Made by a program: the position numbers and the translations under genes
Origin: Scenedesmus sp. PABB004
Lineage: Eukaryota
Reading direction: 5' to 3'
DNA: 64,000 bases
NCBI GenBank assembly: GCA_014905635.1
Contig: JABVCE010000007.1
Span: 1,178,001 to 1,242,000 of the forward strand
Shown here: positions 1 through 13,799 of the stretch, piece by piece
Layout of the letters: each line of letters opens with the position of its first letter
Numbering within the stretch: the first letter of the stretch is position 1
The notes under the pieces: model-generated
Told to the model about the DNA's origin: nothing
Seen by the model: only the letters and a program-made list of their open reading frames with translations
Database searches by the model: none

Positions 1-165
1 GGGCCGTTGCTGCGCCCGTCACCGTGCGCGCCGACCGCGCCCGGCCGCCCATTCTCGCGCATGATCGGCCCACGCCGCCTGGGCGCCCGCTGCCTCACCG
101 CCCTGCTCTCTCGCGCACTCGGCAACCCCTCCCTCGCCCCAAGCTGCTCCGACCCCTCCCGCAGC

Positions 166-3100
166 ATGGCGCAAGTCAGCCTGCAAGTGCGCAACAGCCT
201 GGACCTGGCCTCGGCGCGCTTCAAGGGTGCGCCGGCGCGCCGACGCCGGCGCGCGCGTGGGCGCGGACGCGGGTTGCCCATCCCTCTGCCGCGCCTCACC
301 GCGCCTCACCGCGCCCGCGCCGCAGGCGACACGACCATCAGCTATGAACTCATTCTCGAGAAGTTCCGGTCCATTGAGAAGCCCATCGACAAGTACCTGA
401 CGCTGCGCGACCTGCTGCGCCTGGCGCCCAAGGTGTACTACGACCTGCTGCTGAAGCACACCGAGGAAATCCTGCCCTACATCTACACGGTGGGCGAGCG
501 CCGGGGCCGCGCCGGCGCCGCCGCGGTCGCCGCGCCCGCGCGCCCGCGCGCCGCCGCTTCCGGCCGACCGCCGACGCGCCGCTGCGCCTGCGCGCGCCGC
601 GCCCCGCGCAGCCCACGGTCGGCGAGGCGTGCGAGCTGTACCACAAGCTGCCGCTGAAGACGCGCGGCCTGTACATCACGCTGCACGACAAGGGCGCCGT
701 CGCGGCCAAGCTCGCCGCGTGGCCGGTGCAGGACGTGCGCGTCGCGGTCATCACCGACGGCGAGCGCATCCTCGGCCTCGGTGCGCCGCCGCCGCCGCCG
801 CGCCCGCCGCGCCTGCTGCTGCCGCGCCGCACGCCGCCCGCCGCGCGCTGCCAGCCCCCCGCGGCGCGCGCGCCCGCGCGCCCCGCGCCTGCGCCGACCC
901 GCGGCGCCGCGCCGCCCTCTCCCCTCTCCCCTCTCCCCTCCCCGCCAGGCGACCTGGGCCGCAACGGCATGGGCATCAGCGAGGGCAAGATCACGCTCTA
1001 CACCGCCGCGGCGGGCGTCAACCCCATGCAGGTCCGCGCGCGCGCCGCGCCGCGCCGCGCCTGCCCTCCGCGCCTGCGCCCTCCGCACTCCCACGCTCCT
1101 TTCCTCCCTCACCGTGCCTCTCCCCGCCCGCCGCGCCCGCCCCGCGCCCGCGCCGCCGCCAGTGCCTGCCCATCTGCGTTGACATCGGGACCAACAACCC
1201 CACCTACCTGGAGGACCCCGAGTATCGCGGCATCAAGGCGCCACGCGTCACCGGTGCGCGGGGTCGGAGGCGCCAGCAGGGGCGAGCAGGGGCGAGCAGG
1301 GCGAGCAGGGGGCGGCAGGGGCGAGCAGGGGGCGGCAGGGGCGAGCAGGGGGCAGCAGGGGCGAGCAGGGGGGCGGCAGGGGCGAGCAGGGGGGCGGCAG
1401 GGGCGAGCAGGGCCGGCAGGGGCGAGCAGGGGCGGCGCGGCGCGGCGCAGGCGGCAGGGGCGGCAGGGGCAGGGGCAGCCGCGGCGGGCAGCGAGCCCCC
1501 CGCACCCCGCTCACGCCGCTCTCCCGCTGTCCCGCCGCGGCTGCCGCGCTGCGTGGTCAGGCGCTGAGTTTGATGAGTTCATGGGTGAGGTCATGGAGGC
1601 CCTGGCCGCGTGGCAGCCGCACATGCTGGTGCAGTTTGAGGACTTTGGCAACAACAACGCATTCAGGTGCGTGTGTGCGTGTAGCCAGGGGCGGGGGCAG
1701 CAGCGGGAGCAGCGGCGGCGGCGGGTTGGTGGCGCCGGCGGCGCGGCGGGCGGGCCAAGCGAGAGAGAGAGGGGGGGGGGAGGAGAGCGTCGTCGCGGGC
1801 GCGGCGCGGGCGGGGCGCCGGCGGCCGCGGCCGAGCGCGGCGCGCCCGCGCGCGCGCCGCAGGCTGCTGGAGACGTGGCGCCACAAGATGTGCGCCTTCA
1901 ACGACGACATCCAGGTGCGGCCCACCCCCCCCCCCCCACACACACACACACACGCTGCTGCGGCGGCGCGCGGCGGCGCGGCGGCAGCGCCGGGCGGCCA
2001 GCGCGGCGGCTGGCGGCGGCAGTCGGCGAGCTCGCGGCGGCCGCTGCGCGGCCCCCTCGCCCGGCCCGCCCGCGCCCGTGCCCGCCCCCCCCCCCCCCCA
2101 CCGCACCCGCGCGCCGCCGCCGCCGCGTCCGCAGGGCACCGCGTGCATCACGCTCGCGGGCCTGCTCTCGGCGGCGCGCGCGACGGGGCGGCCGTTCAGC
2201 GAGCACCGCGTGCTCTTCCTCGGCGCGGGCGAGGCGGGGACGGGCATCGGGGAGCTCATTGCGACCTACATGCACCTCCGCCACGGCCTCACCATGGAGG
2301 AGGGCCGCCGGCACTGCTTCTTCCTCGACTCGCGGGTGCGGCGGCGCCGGCGCGGGCGGCGGGAGGAGCGCCGCGCGGGGCGGGGCGGGGAGCACGGGGC
2401 GGGGAGCGCGGGGCGAGGGCGCCGGCGCCGGCCGCGCCGACCCCGCGCCGCGCGGCGCGCGGCCGTGCGCAGGGCCTGGTGTGCAGCAGCCGCACCAACC
2501 TGCAGCACCACAAGGTCCCGTTTGCGCACGACGTAGAGTTCTGCCCCAACATCAAGGCCGCGATCGCGGCGCTCAAGCCCACCGCGCTCGTGGGCGTGTC
2601 GACGATCGCCAAGGTGGGCGCGCGGCGCCCGGGCGGCGCTGCCGCGGCGGGCGAGTGGCCGGCGCCGGGCGGCGCGCACGCCCGACTCGCCCAGCGCGCT
2701 CAGCGCGCTCGGCACACCTCACGCCCGCCCACCGCGCGGCGCAGGCATTTGACCGCGAGGTCGTTGAGGCCATGTGCGCGCTGAACGACCGCCCGATCAT
2801 CTTCCCGCTCTCCAACCCGACCTCCAAGAGCGAGTGCACCTACGACGAGGCCTTCGAGTGCGCGCCGCGCGCCACAGCACAGCGCACAGCGCAGCACAGC
2901 CCACAACACACAGCACAGCGCAGTCGCCGGCTCCGCCCCGCGCCCCTGCGCGGGCAGGCGCTGACGCCGCGCCGCGCGCGCCGCGCCCGCGCCCCGCAGG
3001 TGGAGCAAGGGCAAGGTGCTGTTTGCGAGCGGGTCGCCGTTTGACCCCATCACCGACGGCGCCGGCGTGACGCACCACCCCGCGCAGGCGAACAACGCCT

Positions 3101-3723
3101 ACATCTTGTGCGCGCCGCGCCGCCGCGGGCCGCGCCGCGCCGCGCCAGGCCCCGCCGCGCCGCTCCGCGCCGCGCCCCGCCGCGCGCCTCCTCACCCCTC
3201 CGCCGCCCCCGCCGCCGCCCCTCCTCACCCCGCCCCTCCCCGTCCGTCCCCCCGCGGCGCCGCGCGCAGCCCCGCGGTCGGGTACGCGGCGGTGCTCGCG
3301 CGCAGCAGCGAGATCACGGACGAGATGTTTGTTCTGGCGGCGGAGGAGCTGGCGGGCATGACCGACATGGAGGAGCTCGAGCAGGGGCGGTGCGTGCGGG
3401 GCCGCGGGCTCGGGGGCCGCGGGCGGCGGGCGGGGCCCGCGGCGGGGCCCGCGGCGCGGGGGGAGGCCGCGGCCGTGCGAAGGGGGGGGGGGGGGGCGCC
3501 GCCGCGCGGCGCCCGCGCCCACGCGCCGCGCCCACGCGCCGCCGCGCCGGCCGCGCGTCGCAGGCTGTTCCCCGCGTTCCAGAGCATCCGCACGATCAGC
3601 AAGGTGCTGAGCGCGCGCGTGGCGGAGCACATGGTCAAGGCGGGGCTCGGCGCCGCGCCCGAGGGCGTGACCGACTGGGAGGGGTACGTCGCGGCCAACA
3701 TGTGGACCGCCGAGCAGCTGTGA
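166..3723 (+). CDS. Malic enzyme (NAD(P)-dependent, decarboxylating), multi-exon
   Basis: Joined exons give PYIYT|PTVGEAC, VITDGERILGL|GDLGRNGMGISEGK, CVDIGTNN, QFEDF, FNDDIQ|GTA, FLGAGEAGTGIG, FPLSNPTSKSEC, FASGSPF and QANNAYI. ATG at 166, TGA at 3721-3723. No obvious transit peptide. Confidence 0.95.
1274..1432 (+). repeat. G-rich minisatellite (GGGGCGAGCAG / GGGGCGGCAG units) inside a malic enzyme intron
   Basis: Directly visible tandem 10-12 nt units. Confidence 0.85.
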
Positions 3724-4432
3724 GGCCGCGCCCGCCGGCGGCGCCGCCGCGAGGCCGGGGCGCGGCGCGGTGCGGTGCGTGGCGCCGCAGCAGCGGCAGA
3801 CGCTGCGCGGGCCGCGGGCCGCGGCGCGCGCCCCGCGCGGCGCGAGCCGCGTGCAGGCTGGGGGTATTGCGTCGGCACAGCGCGCGGCGATCGCGTGCCC
3901 GGTGCGTGTGCGTGTGTGTGTGTGTGTGTGGTTGCAATTGCTGACTGGCGTTGTGCGCGCGCGCGCACTCCGCGCGTGTGCTCGTGCCTCGCTGCTGCGC
4001 AGCAGCGTACTTGCGGCACTTGTTGCTTGGCCGCCCCTCGCGCCGGCGCGGCGCTGCTCGCCGCGGCGGCAGCCTGACGGCGGGCGAGGCGGCGGCGGCG
4101 CCTTGACGGGGCGGGGCGGGGCGCCGACTCGGTCGTCAGTGACGGGCAGCATGGCATGGCGTTTCGCAGCAGCAGCGGGCCGTGGAGCGGAGGGGCGAGG
4201 GCGCGGACGGCGTACACACTGCACAGCGGCGCCGTGTGTGGTTTGTGGCCGCGGAGGCTCTGCACAAAACGCGACCGGCGGCACGCAACGGCCCGCGTTG
4301 GGCCCAGCTCCGGCGCATTTTGACGAGCAGTGGTGAGGGCTGCAGGCTGCAGGCTGACTGAGGCCGGAGGACTGGCGCCGCTCAACCCAGTGAGCGGCGC
4401 GCGCGTGCGCAGCGGGCGGGCGGGCGCGTGCG

Positions 4433-4437
4433 TGTAA
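4433..4437 (+). promoter_or_regulatory. TGTAA polyadenylation signal (malic enzyme)
   Basis: Chlorophyte-type TGTAA downstream of the stop and just before the convergent gene. Confidence 0.6.
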
Positions 4438-4510
4438 CCAACCAGCACTCTCTGCGGGGTCGTGATGTGCCGCAGCCGCCCGTCGCGCTCTCCCCGCGCG
4501 CGCGCAACCC

Positions 4511-7500
4511 TCACAGGCCCAGGCCGCCGCCGCGCCGCCGGTGCGGGCGCAGCTCGCCGGTGGGGCCGACCATGACCTCGTTCCCGTCGGGGCCGACGAT
4601 GACCGGCTCGCCCGCCGGCCCCACCACGGGGCGGCCGTCCGACCCGAGCACCACCGACAGCCCGCCGCCGCCGCCCGCGAGCAGGCCCTCGAGCGCCTCC
4701 AGCCCGTCCAGCCCGTCGGCGCCGCCGCCGTCGAAGCCGGCCGGGGGGTAGTCCGCGTCGAGGCCGGCCAGGCCGGGCGGCAGGCCGGCGGCGCCGCCGG
4801 CGCCGCCGCGCGCGGCCGCGGCCGCGGCGAGCGCGTGCTGGCGGCGCGTGTCCTGCATGTCCGCCTCCTGCTGCTGCAGCGACTGCGCGGCGGGCGCGCG
4901 GCGCGGCGCTCGGCACACGCGCGCGCCGGCCGGGCGCGGCGCGCAGCGCAGCGCGCTGCGGCCGCCCCGCTGCCGCCGCCGTACCCACCTTGAGCTCGTC
5001 CCGCGCCTGGCGGTTGTTGGGCTCGGCCGCCAGCACGGCGCGGAAGTCGGCGCGCGCGCCGCGGCCGTCGCCTTTGTGCATGCGCGCGGTGCCGCGGCGC
5101 AGCAGCGCCTTGACCCGGTCCCCCGCCGCCAGGCCGGGGCTCGACAGCGCGCGGTTGCAGTCCGCCTCAGCCGCCTCGAAGCTGCGCGCGCGAGCGCCCA
5201 CGGCGGCGGCGGCGGCGGGCGGTCGGGCGTGACCGGCCGCGCCCGCGGCGCCCGCGCGCCGCGCGGCGGCCGTTGAGGCGCGCTGCTGCGCCAAACTGGC
5301 AGCCTCGCGCGAACCGCACTTGAACATTTTGAGGTAGGCCATGGCGCGGTTGTTCGCATACACGGCGTTGCCGGGGTGCAGCCCCAGCGCCTCGCTGTAC
5401 GCCTTGGCCGCCTCGGCGTAGCGCCCCGCCTTGAACGCCTCGTTGCCCCGCGCCTTGGCCCGCTCCGCGCGCTCCGCGCGCTTCGGGTCGACCTGCCGGG
5501 CGGGGCGCGAAACCCCCGCGCGCTCGGGGCCTGCGCAGCCGCGCAGCAGCCGGCAGCCGGCGCGCGGCGGCCGCCGCCGACCGGGTGCGCGTGCAGGCGC
5601 CCGCCCACCTCGGCGGCCTTCTCCTGCGCCGCGCCGGCCGCCTGCCCGCCTTGCCGCGCGCCTTGCCCTTGCCCATGGCGCCGCCGCCCGCCGCCGCCGC
5701 CGCCGCCGCCGCCGCGGCTGCCTCTGCAGCCGCCTGCTGGCGCAGCTTCACGACCTCGGCCTGCGGCGCGGCGGCGGCAGCGGCGACGGGGCGCGGGTCG
5801 CGGGCCGCGCGAGGGAGGCGCGTGCGGCAGCCGCGGGCGCGGGCGCCGACCTGCACGTGCGGCGCGAGCTTGTCCGCGACCGCCAGCAGCCGCTGGTCAG
5901 TGCGCGCCTGCCCAAACAGCGCGAGCCCGAGCGGCCCGCCGTCGGGCAGGCGGCCGACGGGGAGCACGACCGCGGGGCAGCCGCCGAGCGCGGTGAGCGC
6001 CGCAAACGCGTGGCAGCGCGCCAGCCACGACGCGCACGCGGCGGGCGGCGCGTCGAGCCTGGGCGGCGCGGCGGGCACGACGGGGACGACCACCACCACG
6101 TCCTTCTTGACGGCGCCCTTGAGAATGTCCTGCGCCGCCGCAGCGCCGCGCCGCGTGCAGCGGTCGGCGGCGGGCGGCGCTCGGTCTCTCTGGCCCGCGC
6201 GGCCCGCCGCGGCGCGGGGCAGCAGCGCCGCGCCGCGGCACGGTGCAGCAGCGGGGTCCGCCGCCGCCGCACCTGGACCTCGCGCGCGACGTCCCGCGCG
6301 ACGCGCATCTGCTCGTCGCCCGCGGCCGCCGCGTCGGCCAGCGCGGCGCCGAGCTCCGGCGGCAGGCCGCTGACGCCGCCGCCGTCCGCCAGCAGCGCGG
6401 CCGCGTGGCGCTGCGCGAGGTCATCGCCGTACAGCAGCGTCGCGGCGCGCGCGATGGCACGGAGCACGTGCGGCATCGGGCGGCCGGGGCCGCCCGCGTC
6501 TGCGGCCGCGCGAGCGGGCGGGCGGGCGCGCGTGGGGCCACGCCGCGGCCGCGGTGGGCGGCCCCGGCGGCGTGCACGGCGGCGGCGGCCGCCCGCGGCC
6601 CGCGCGCACCAGGCGGCAGCGTGAGCTGGCGCCAGCTTGCGGTGTTGGCTTCGAGGAACTGCAGCAGCTGCACGCTGCCCGCCTGCTCGTTGCCCGCCCA
6701 CGCCAGCACCGCGCGCTTGACAGCCAGAATGCCTGCCGGCGGCGGCAGCGGCGGCGGCGGCGCGGTGGGGCGCCGCGCCGCGCGGTGGGGCGCCGCGCCG
6801 CGCGGCGGGGCCGCGTGGCGGCGCCGGGCGGGCGCCGCGCGGCGGGGGTGGCACGGGCGCGCTCCTGCCGCGCGTGCCTGGGCTCATCTCCAGCTCGCAC
6901 AGCTGGAACAGGTCCTCCGCGACGACCACCTGCGTGAGCTCGTGCCGCAGGCTCGCCGCGCCCGGCACGCCGAGGCACGACGCGACGCGGCACAGCAGCG
7001 GCAGCTCCGCCGCGACAAAGCCGGGCGCCTCGAGCCCCGCCGCGCCGCCCGCGCCGGCGCCGCCCGCGGAGGCGCGCCCGCCGCGCCAGCTGCCCGCGCC
7101 GCCGCCGGCGCCGCCGGCGCTGGCGCGCGCGCTGCCGGGCGCGCCCGGGTCGGGGGGCTCGGCCGCGTCGCTGCCGCGCGGCGTGCGCGCGTCGAGGCCG
7201 CCGAGTGCGCCCGGCGTGGCCACATAGGCGCAGAGGCCCATGCACGCCGCTGGCAGGCGCAGCGAGCCCAGGAAGTCCGAGCCCAGCGCGAGCTCGGCCT
7301 CGCCGAGCGCGACCGCGGCGGCGGCCCCCGTCGCGCCGCCGCCGGCCGCGCGGCCGCGGCCCGCGGGGTTGCGCACGTTGTCGCCGAGGGTCGGGAAGTT
7401 CAGCGGCTGCGTGGAGCCCTGCCCCGCGACGCCCACGCCGAGCGCGAGCAGCTTGCGCACGAGCGGCGCGTGCTCCGCCGCGACGGGGCGGCCCGGCCAG

Positions 7501-8064
7501 AGCTCGGGCAGGCCGCAGCCGAGCGCGGCGCCCTGCGGCGGCGGGCGCGGCCGTGTGCGGCGGTGCAACGCAGCCCGAGGGCAGGCGCGGCGCGGCGCGG
7601 CGCGGCGCGGCGCGGCCGCGCACCTGCACCGCCACGTGCTCCGCCACCACGCAGCGGACGCCCTCCGGGATGCCGCCGCGCGGGCTGCTGCCCGGCGCCG
7701 CGGGCAGCTCAAAGTCAGACGCATACACGGCCAGCGTCGGCTCCGGCTCCGCGACCTCGGCCGGCGCCGCCGCCGCCGCCGGCTGCCGCGGCCCGCGGCG
7801 GCGCAGCAGCCAGCGCAGCGCGGCGAGCGCGGCGAGCGCGGCGGCCGCCGGCAGCGCGACCGGCGCCGCGGACGCCCACACGCCGCGCGCGCCGCCGGCG
7901 CTCGCCGCCGGCTCTCCCTCGCTGCTGCCGCTCGTGCCGCTGGCGCCGCCGCCGGGCTCGCGCGCCGCGGCGCGCAGCTCCTGCGGGCTGTCCAGCTCGT
8001 CCTCGCTGTCCACGCCCTCGTCCAGCGCGAGCGCCACGGGCAGCTCCGCCGGCGCCGCCACGCG
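4511..8064 (-). CDS. Toc64/OM64-like protein: hydrophobic anchor, amidase-like domain and 3 TPRs; 5' exons unresolved (may extend to about 8840)
   Basis: Hydrophobic segment LPAAAALAALAALRWLLRRR. Amidase signature region NPAGRGRAAGGGATGAAAAVA..LGSDFLGSLRLPAACMG and GGCPAVVLP..PLGLALFG..DQRLL. TPRs KARGNEAFKAGRY..YANNRAMAYLK..KALLRRGTAR..EPNN. Stop at 4511-4513. Confidence 0.85.
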
Positions 8065-9248
8065 CTGGCCGGGCCGGCAGCGGGGGCCATGCTGCGGGCG
8101 TGCGGGCGTGGGCGGGAGATCGGCCGCGCCCGCTGCGGCTGCAGCACCGCTGCCGGCACCGCCGCCGCTGGCGCTGCGGCGGCCGCGCCCGCTGCGGCTG
8201 CAGCACCGCTGCCGGCAGCGCCGCTTCTGGCGCTGGATCGCAGCGCTAGCACGCGCCACGGTATGAACTGGCTGCCGGAAGCGTCCTCGGCAGCCAATGC
8301 AGGCCTCGAGATGCGGCTGGCGCCGCGGAGCAGCAGGATTGCGGCGGCGATGGCCGCGGCCGCGCGCGGGCGCGCGCCTTGCTACGCTCTCCTGACAACA
8401 CCACGCACCTTGACGATTAATCTAAAGATCCAGGCCTACGGGGAGCTGCGTGCGTCCGTGCTGCTCGCAGCAGCGGCGGGCCGCGCAGCGCGCTGTCGCT
8501 CGCGTCTGCCCGGCGGCGGCCGGCGCGCACACCGGCGGGCGCGGTACGGTGCAGCGGCCACGGCAGCGCTGGGTAAGAGTTGCGCCGGCTCGCTGAACCA
8601 CAACCGCCGCAACCGCCGTCACTGCCGCGGCCGAGCCCGACCCCCAGCCCGCGCGCCCGCTCGCTCTTTCGCCCACCCACCCGCCCTCACCGCCACCCGC
8701 CCACCCCCAGCCCCACACGCCCGCGCTCTCACTCGGCTCTCCGAAACGCCCCGCCGCGCGGCAGGCAGGCAGGCAGAGGCGCAGGCGCGCTCGACCTGCG
8801 GCGCGGGGCCGAGCAGCAGCAGGGCGGGGCGCGCGCCATGCACACGCACACCCGCACGCCGCGCACGGGCGCGGCGCGCGCGGCGCAGTACCACCGCCAG
8901 CCGCCACGGTCGGGCACACATCAACGGCCAGGCCTGAGATTGCAAGAGTGAGGGAGCGCCCGACGCGTGCACCGTGGCCTGCCGGGCGACATGGTGTGCG
9001 GCTCACAGCGTCACACACGTGCGCGCCGCCGCCCCCTGCTGCAGCCCCGCCGCCGCCCTCGCCGCCCGCCGCGCCCGGGTCCGGAACCAACCTTGCGGCG
9101 GCGGCTGGCTCGCGCGCGCGCCAGCGCTTGCGGCCGCTCCTCGCGCCCGGGGCCACCATGGACGCCTGCAGCGCGCCGCGGCCTCAGGGCGGGCTGGCGG
9201 CACCGGCACGCAGCGGCGCGCGCTGTCGCCGCCGCCGCTGTCGCCGCC

Positions 9249-9305
<57 letters not shown>

Positions 9306-9645
9306 GGGGAGCTACTCCCTGGGGTGCCGCCGCCGCCGCCGCCGCCGCCGCCACGGCCACCGCCGCCACGGCCGCCGCCGTCGCCAGAGCGCCGGCCGCC
9401 GCCGGCCCGCCAGGTGCCTCGGGGCGGCACCTGCGGGGCGGCGCGCGCGCTGCTCCGGCCGTCCGCCGCTTGCACCTGTGAGCGGCGCGCGCGCCCGCTC
9501 CCTCTCCGGCCGCCGCCCGCCTCGCTCCAGCACCGCCGCGTCCACACGCCCGGCGCCGCCGCGGCCGCCCGGCTCCCGGCCTGCGTCCGGGCGCGCGCGC
9601 GCGCGCGCGGGCGCGCGGCCGCCGTTGGTGCCGTTGCCGCCCCGT

Positions 9646-12746
<3,101 letters not shown>

Positions 12747-13799
12747 GGCGTCAGCTACGCGCGCCGCCCGGGACGCTGCGTGAAGGGGGCGGACGAAGGT
12801 GCGAGGCGAGCGCCGGCGCTGGGGCTGCACGAGGGGGGGGGGCGGGGCCGATGGGCTGCGAGCAGCAGACGGCGGGCTGGGTCTGGTGCGCTGATCGCCG
12901 GCCGGCTAGCGCAGGAGCGAGCGCGGTGGCTCTGTAGCCGCCGGTGGCAGCGGGGCGGCAAACGTCGCGTCGCGCGGCGGGGCTCAGGAGCGCTGCGCCG
13001 CCGCCGCCGCCGCGGACGGCCGCGCCAGCGCTCGCTCAACGCTCGTTGTTTCAGGCCCGAAAGGGTTGCACAGCCCGAGTGAGATTCAAACCGCTGACGT
13101 TGGTTTGCTGCGCGGCCGCCGCGCCAGGCAGTGGCCCGGGCGCTCGACCCCGCCCGCCCTCGGACGCCGAGCACGTCAACCGACGGCCACCGCCTGTGGT
13201 GTTCTGTCAATCAATAACTTCTTCAGTGTGATGCACTGGTCAAGCTTCTTCCGGCTGCCAAACTCTAGCTCTGTCAACACTAAGGGGCCGAGCACGACTA
13301 GTCTGCTGGGTTGGGCGGGCTAGCGAGCCCGCCTGCCGCCTGCCTGGGAGGACGACGAAAGGGAGGGATTGGGTGGTGCTAACGCAACACACACGCGCAC
13401 ACACCCCACGCACACAAACACGCGCACACACGGAAGATTATGATTCAGCACGCGGCCGACGCACGGCGGCGTGGCGCCAGCGCACGCGCGGGGGCGCCCG
13501 CGCGGCCAGCCCCGCGGCCCCCCGCAGCTGGCAAGGGGGCCCCGGCGCTGTCCGCGCCGCGGGATGCAGCGTGCACATGCGCGCGCCTTGCGGCGCGCGC
13601 CCAGCAGGTGCATGCGGCATGCAGTTCTTGCAGCGGCCGCCGGCGCGGCGGCGGCAACGCGCCGCGCCGCGCCGGGGCTGCACTGGTCACGCCCGCCGCT
13701 CATGCAGCGGCACCGCCCACTCGCCCACCCAGCCCGCGCCCCGCCGCCACCGGCCCTGCGCCGCGGCGGCGGCGGCGGCGCCTGCGCGCCGCCGCGCGC

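Noticed and set aside
4375..4400. 10-bp hairpin GCGCCGCTCA/TGAGCGGCGC as a Helitron end or terminator
   Set aside because: No downstream CTRR, and short GC stems are expected by chance.
8360..8390. In-frame TAG upstream of the Toc64-like ORF suggesting stop-codon reassignment
   Set aside because: It probably lies in an intron; TAG and TAA end other genes normally here, and no conserved exon needs readthrough.
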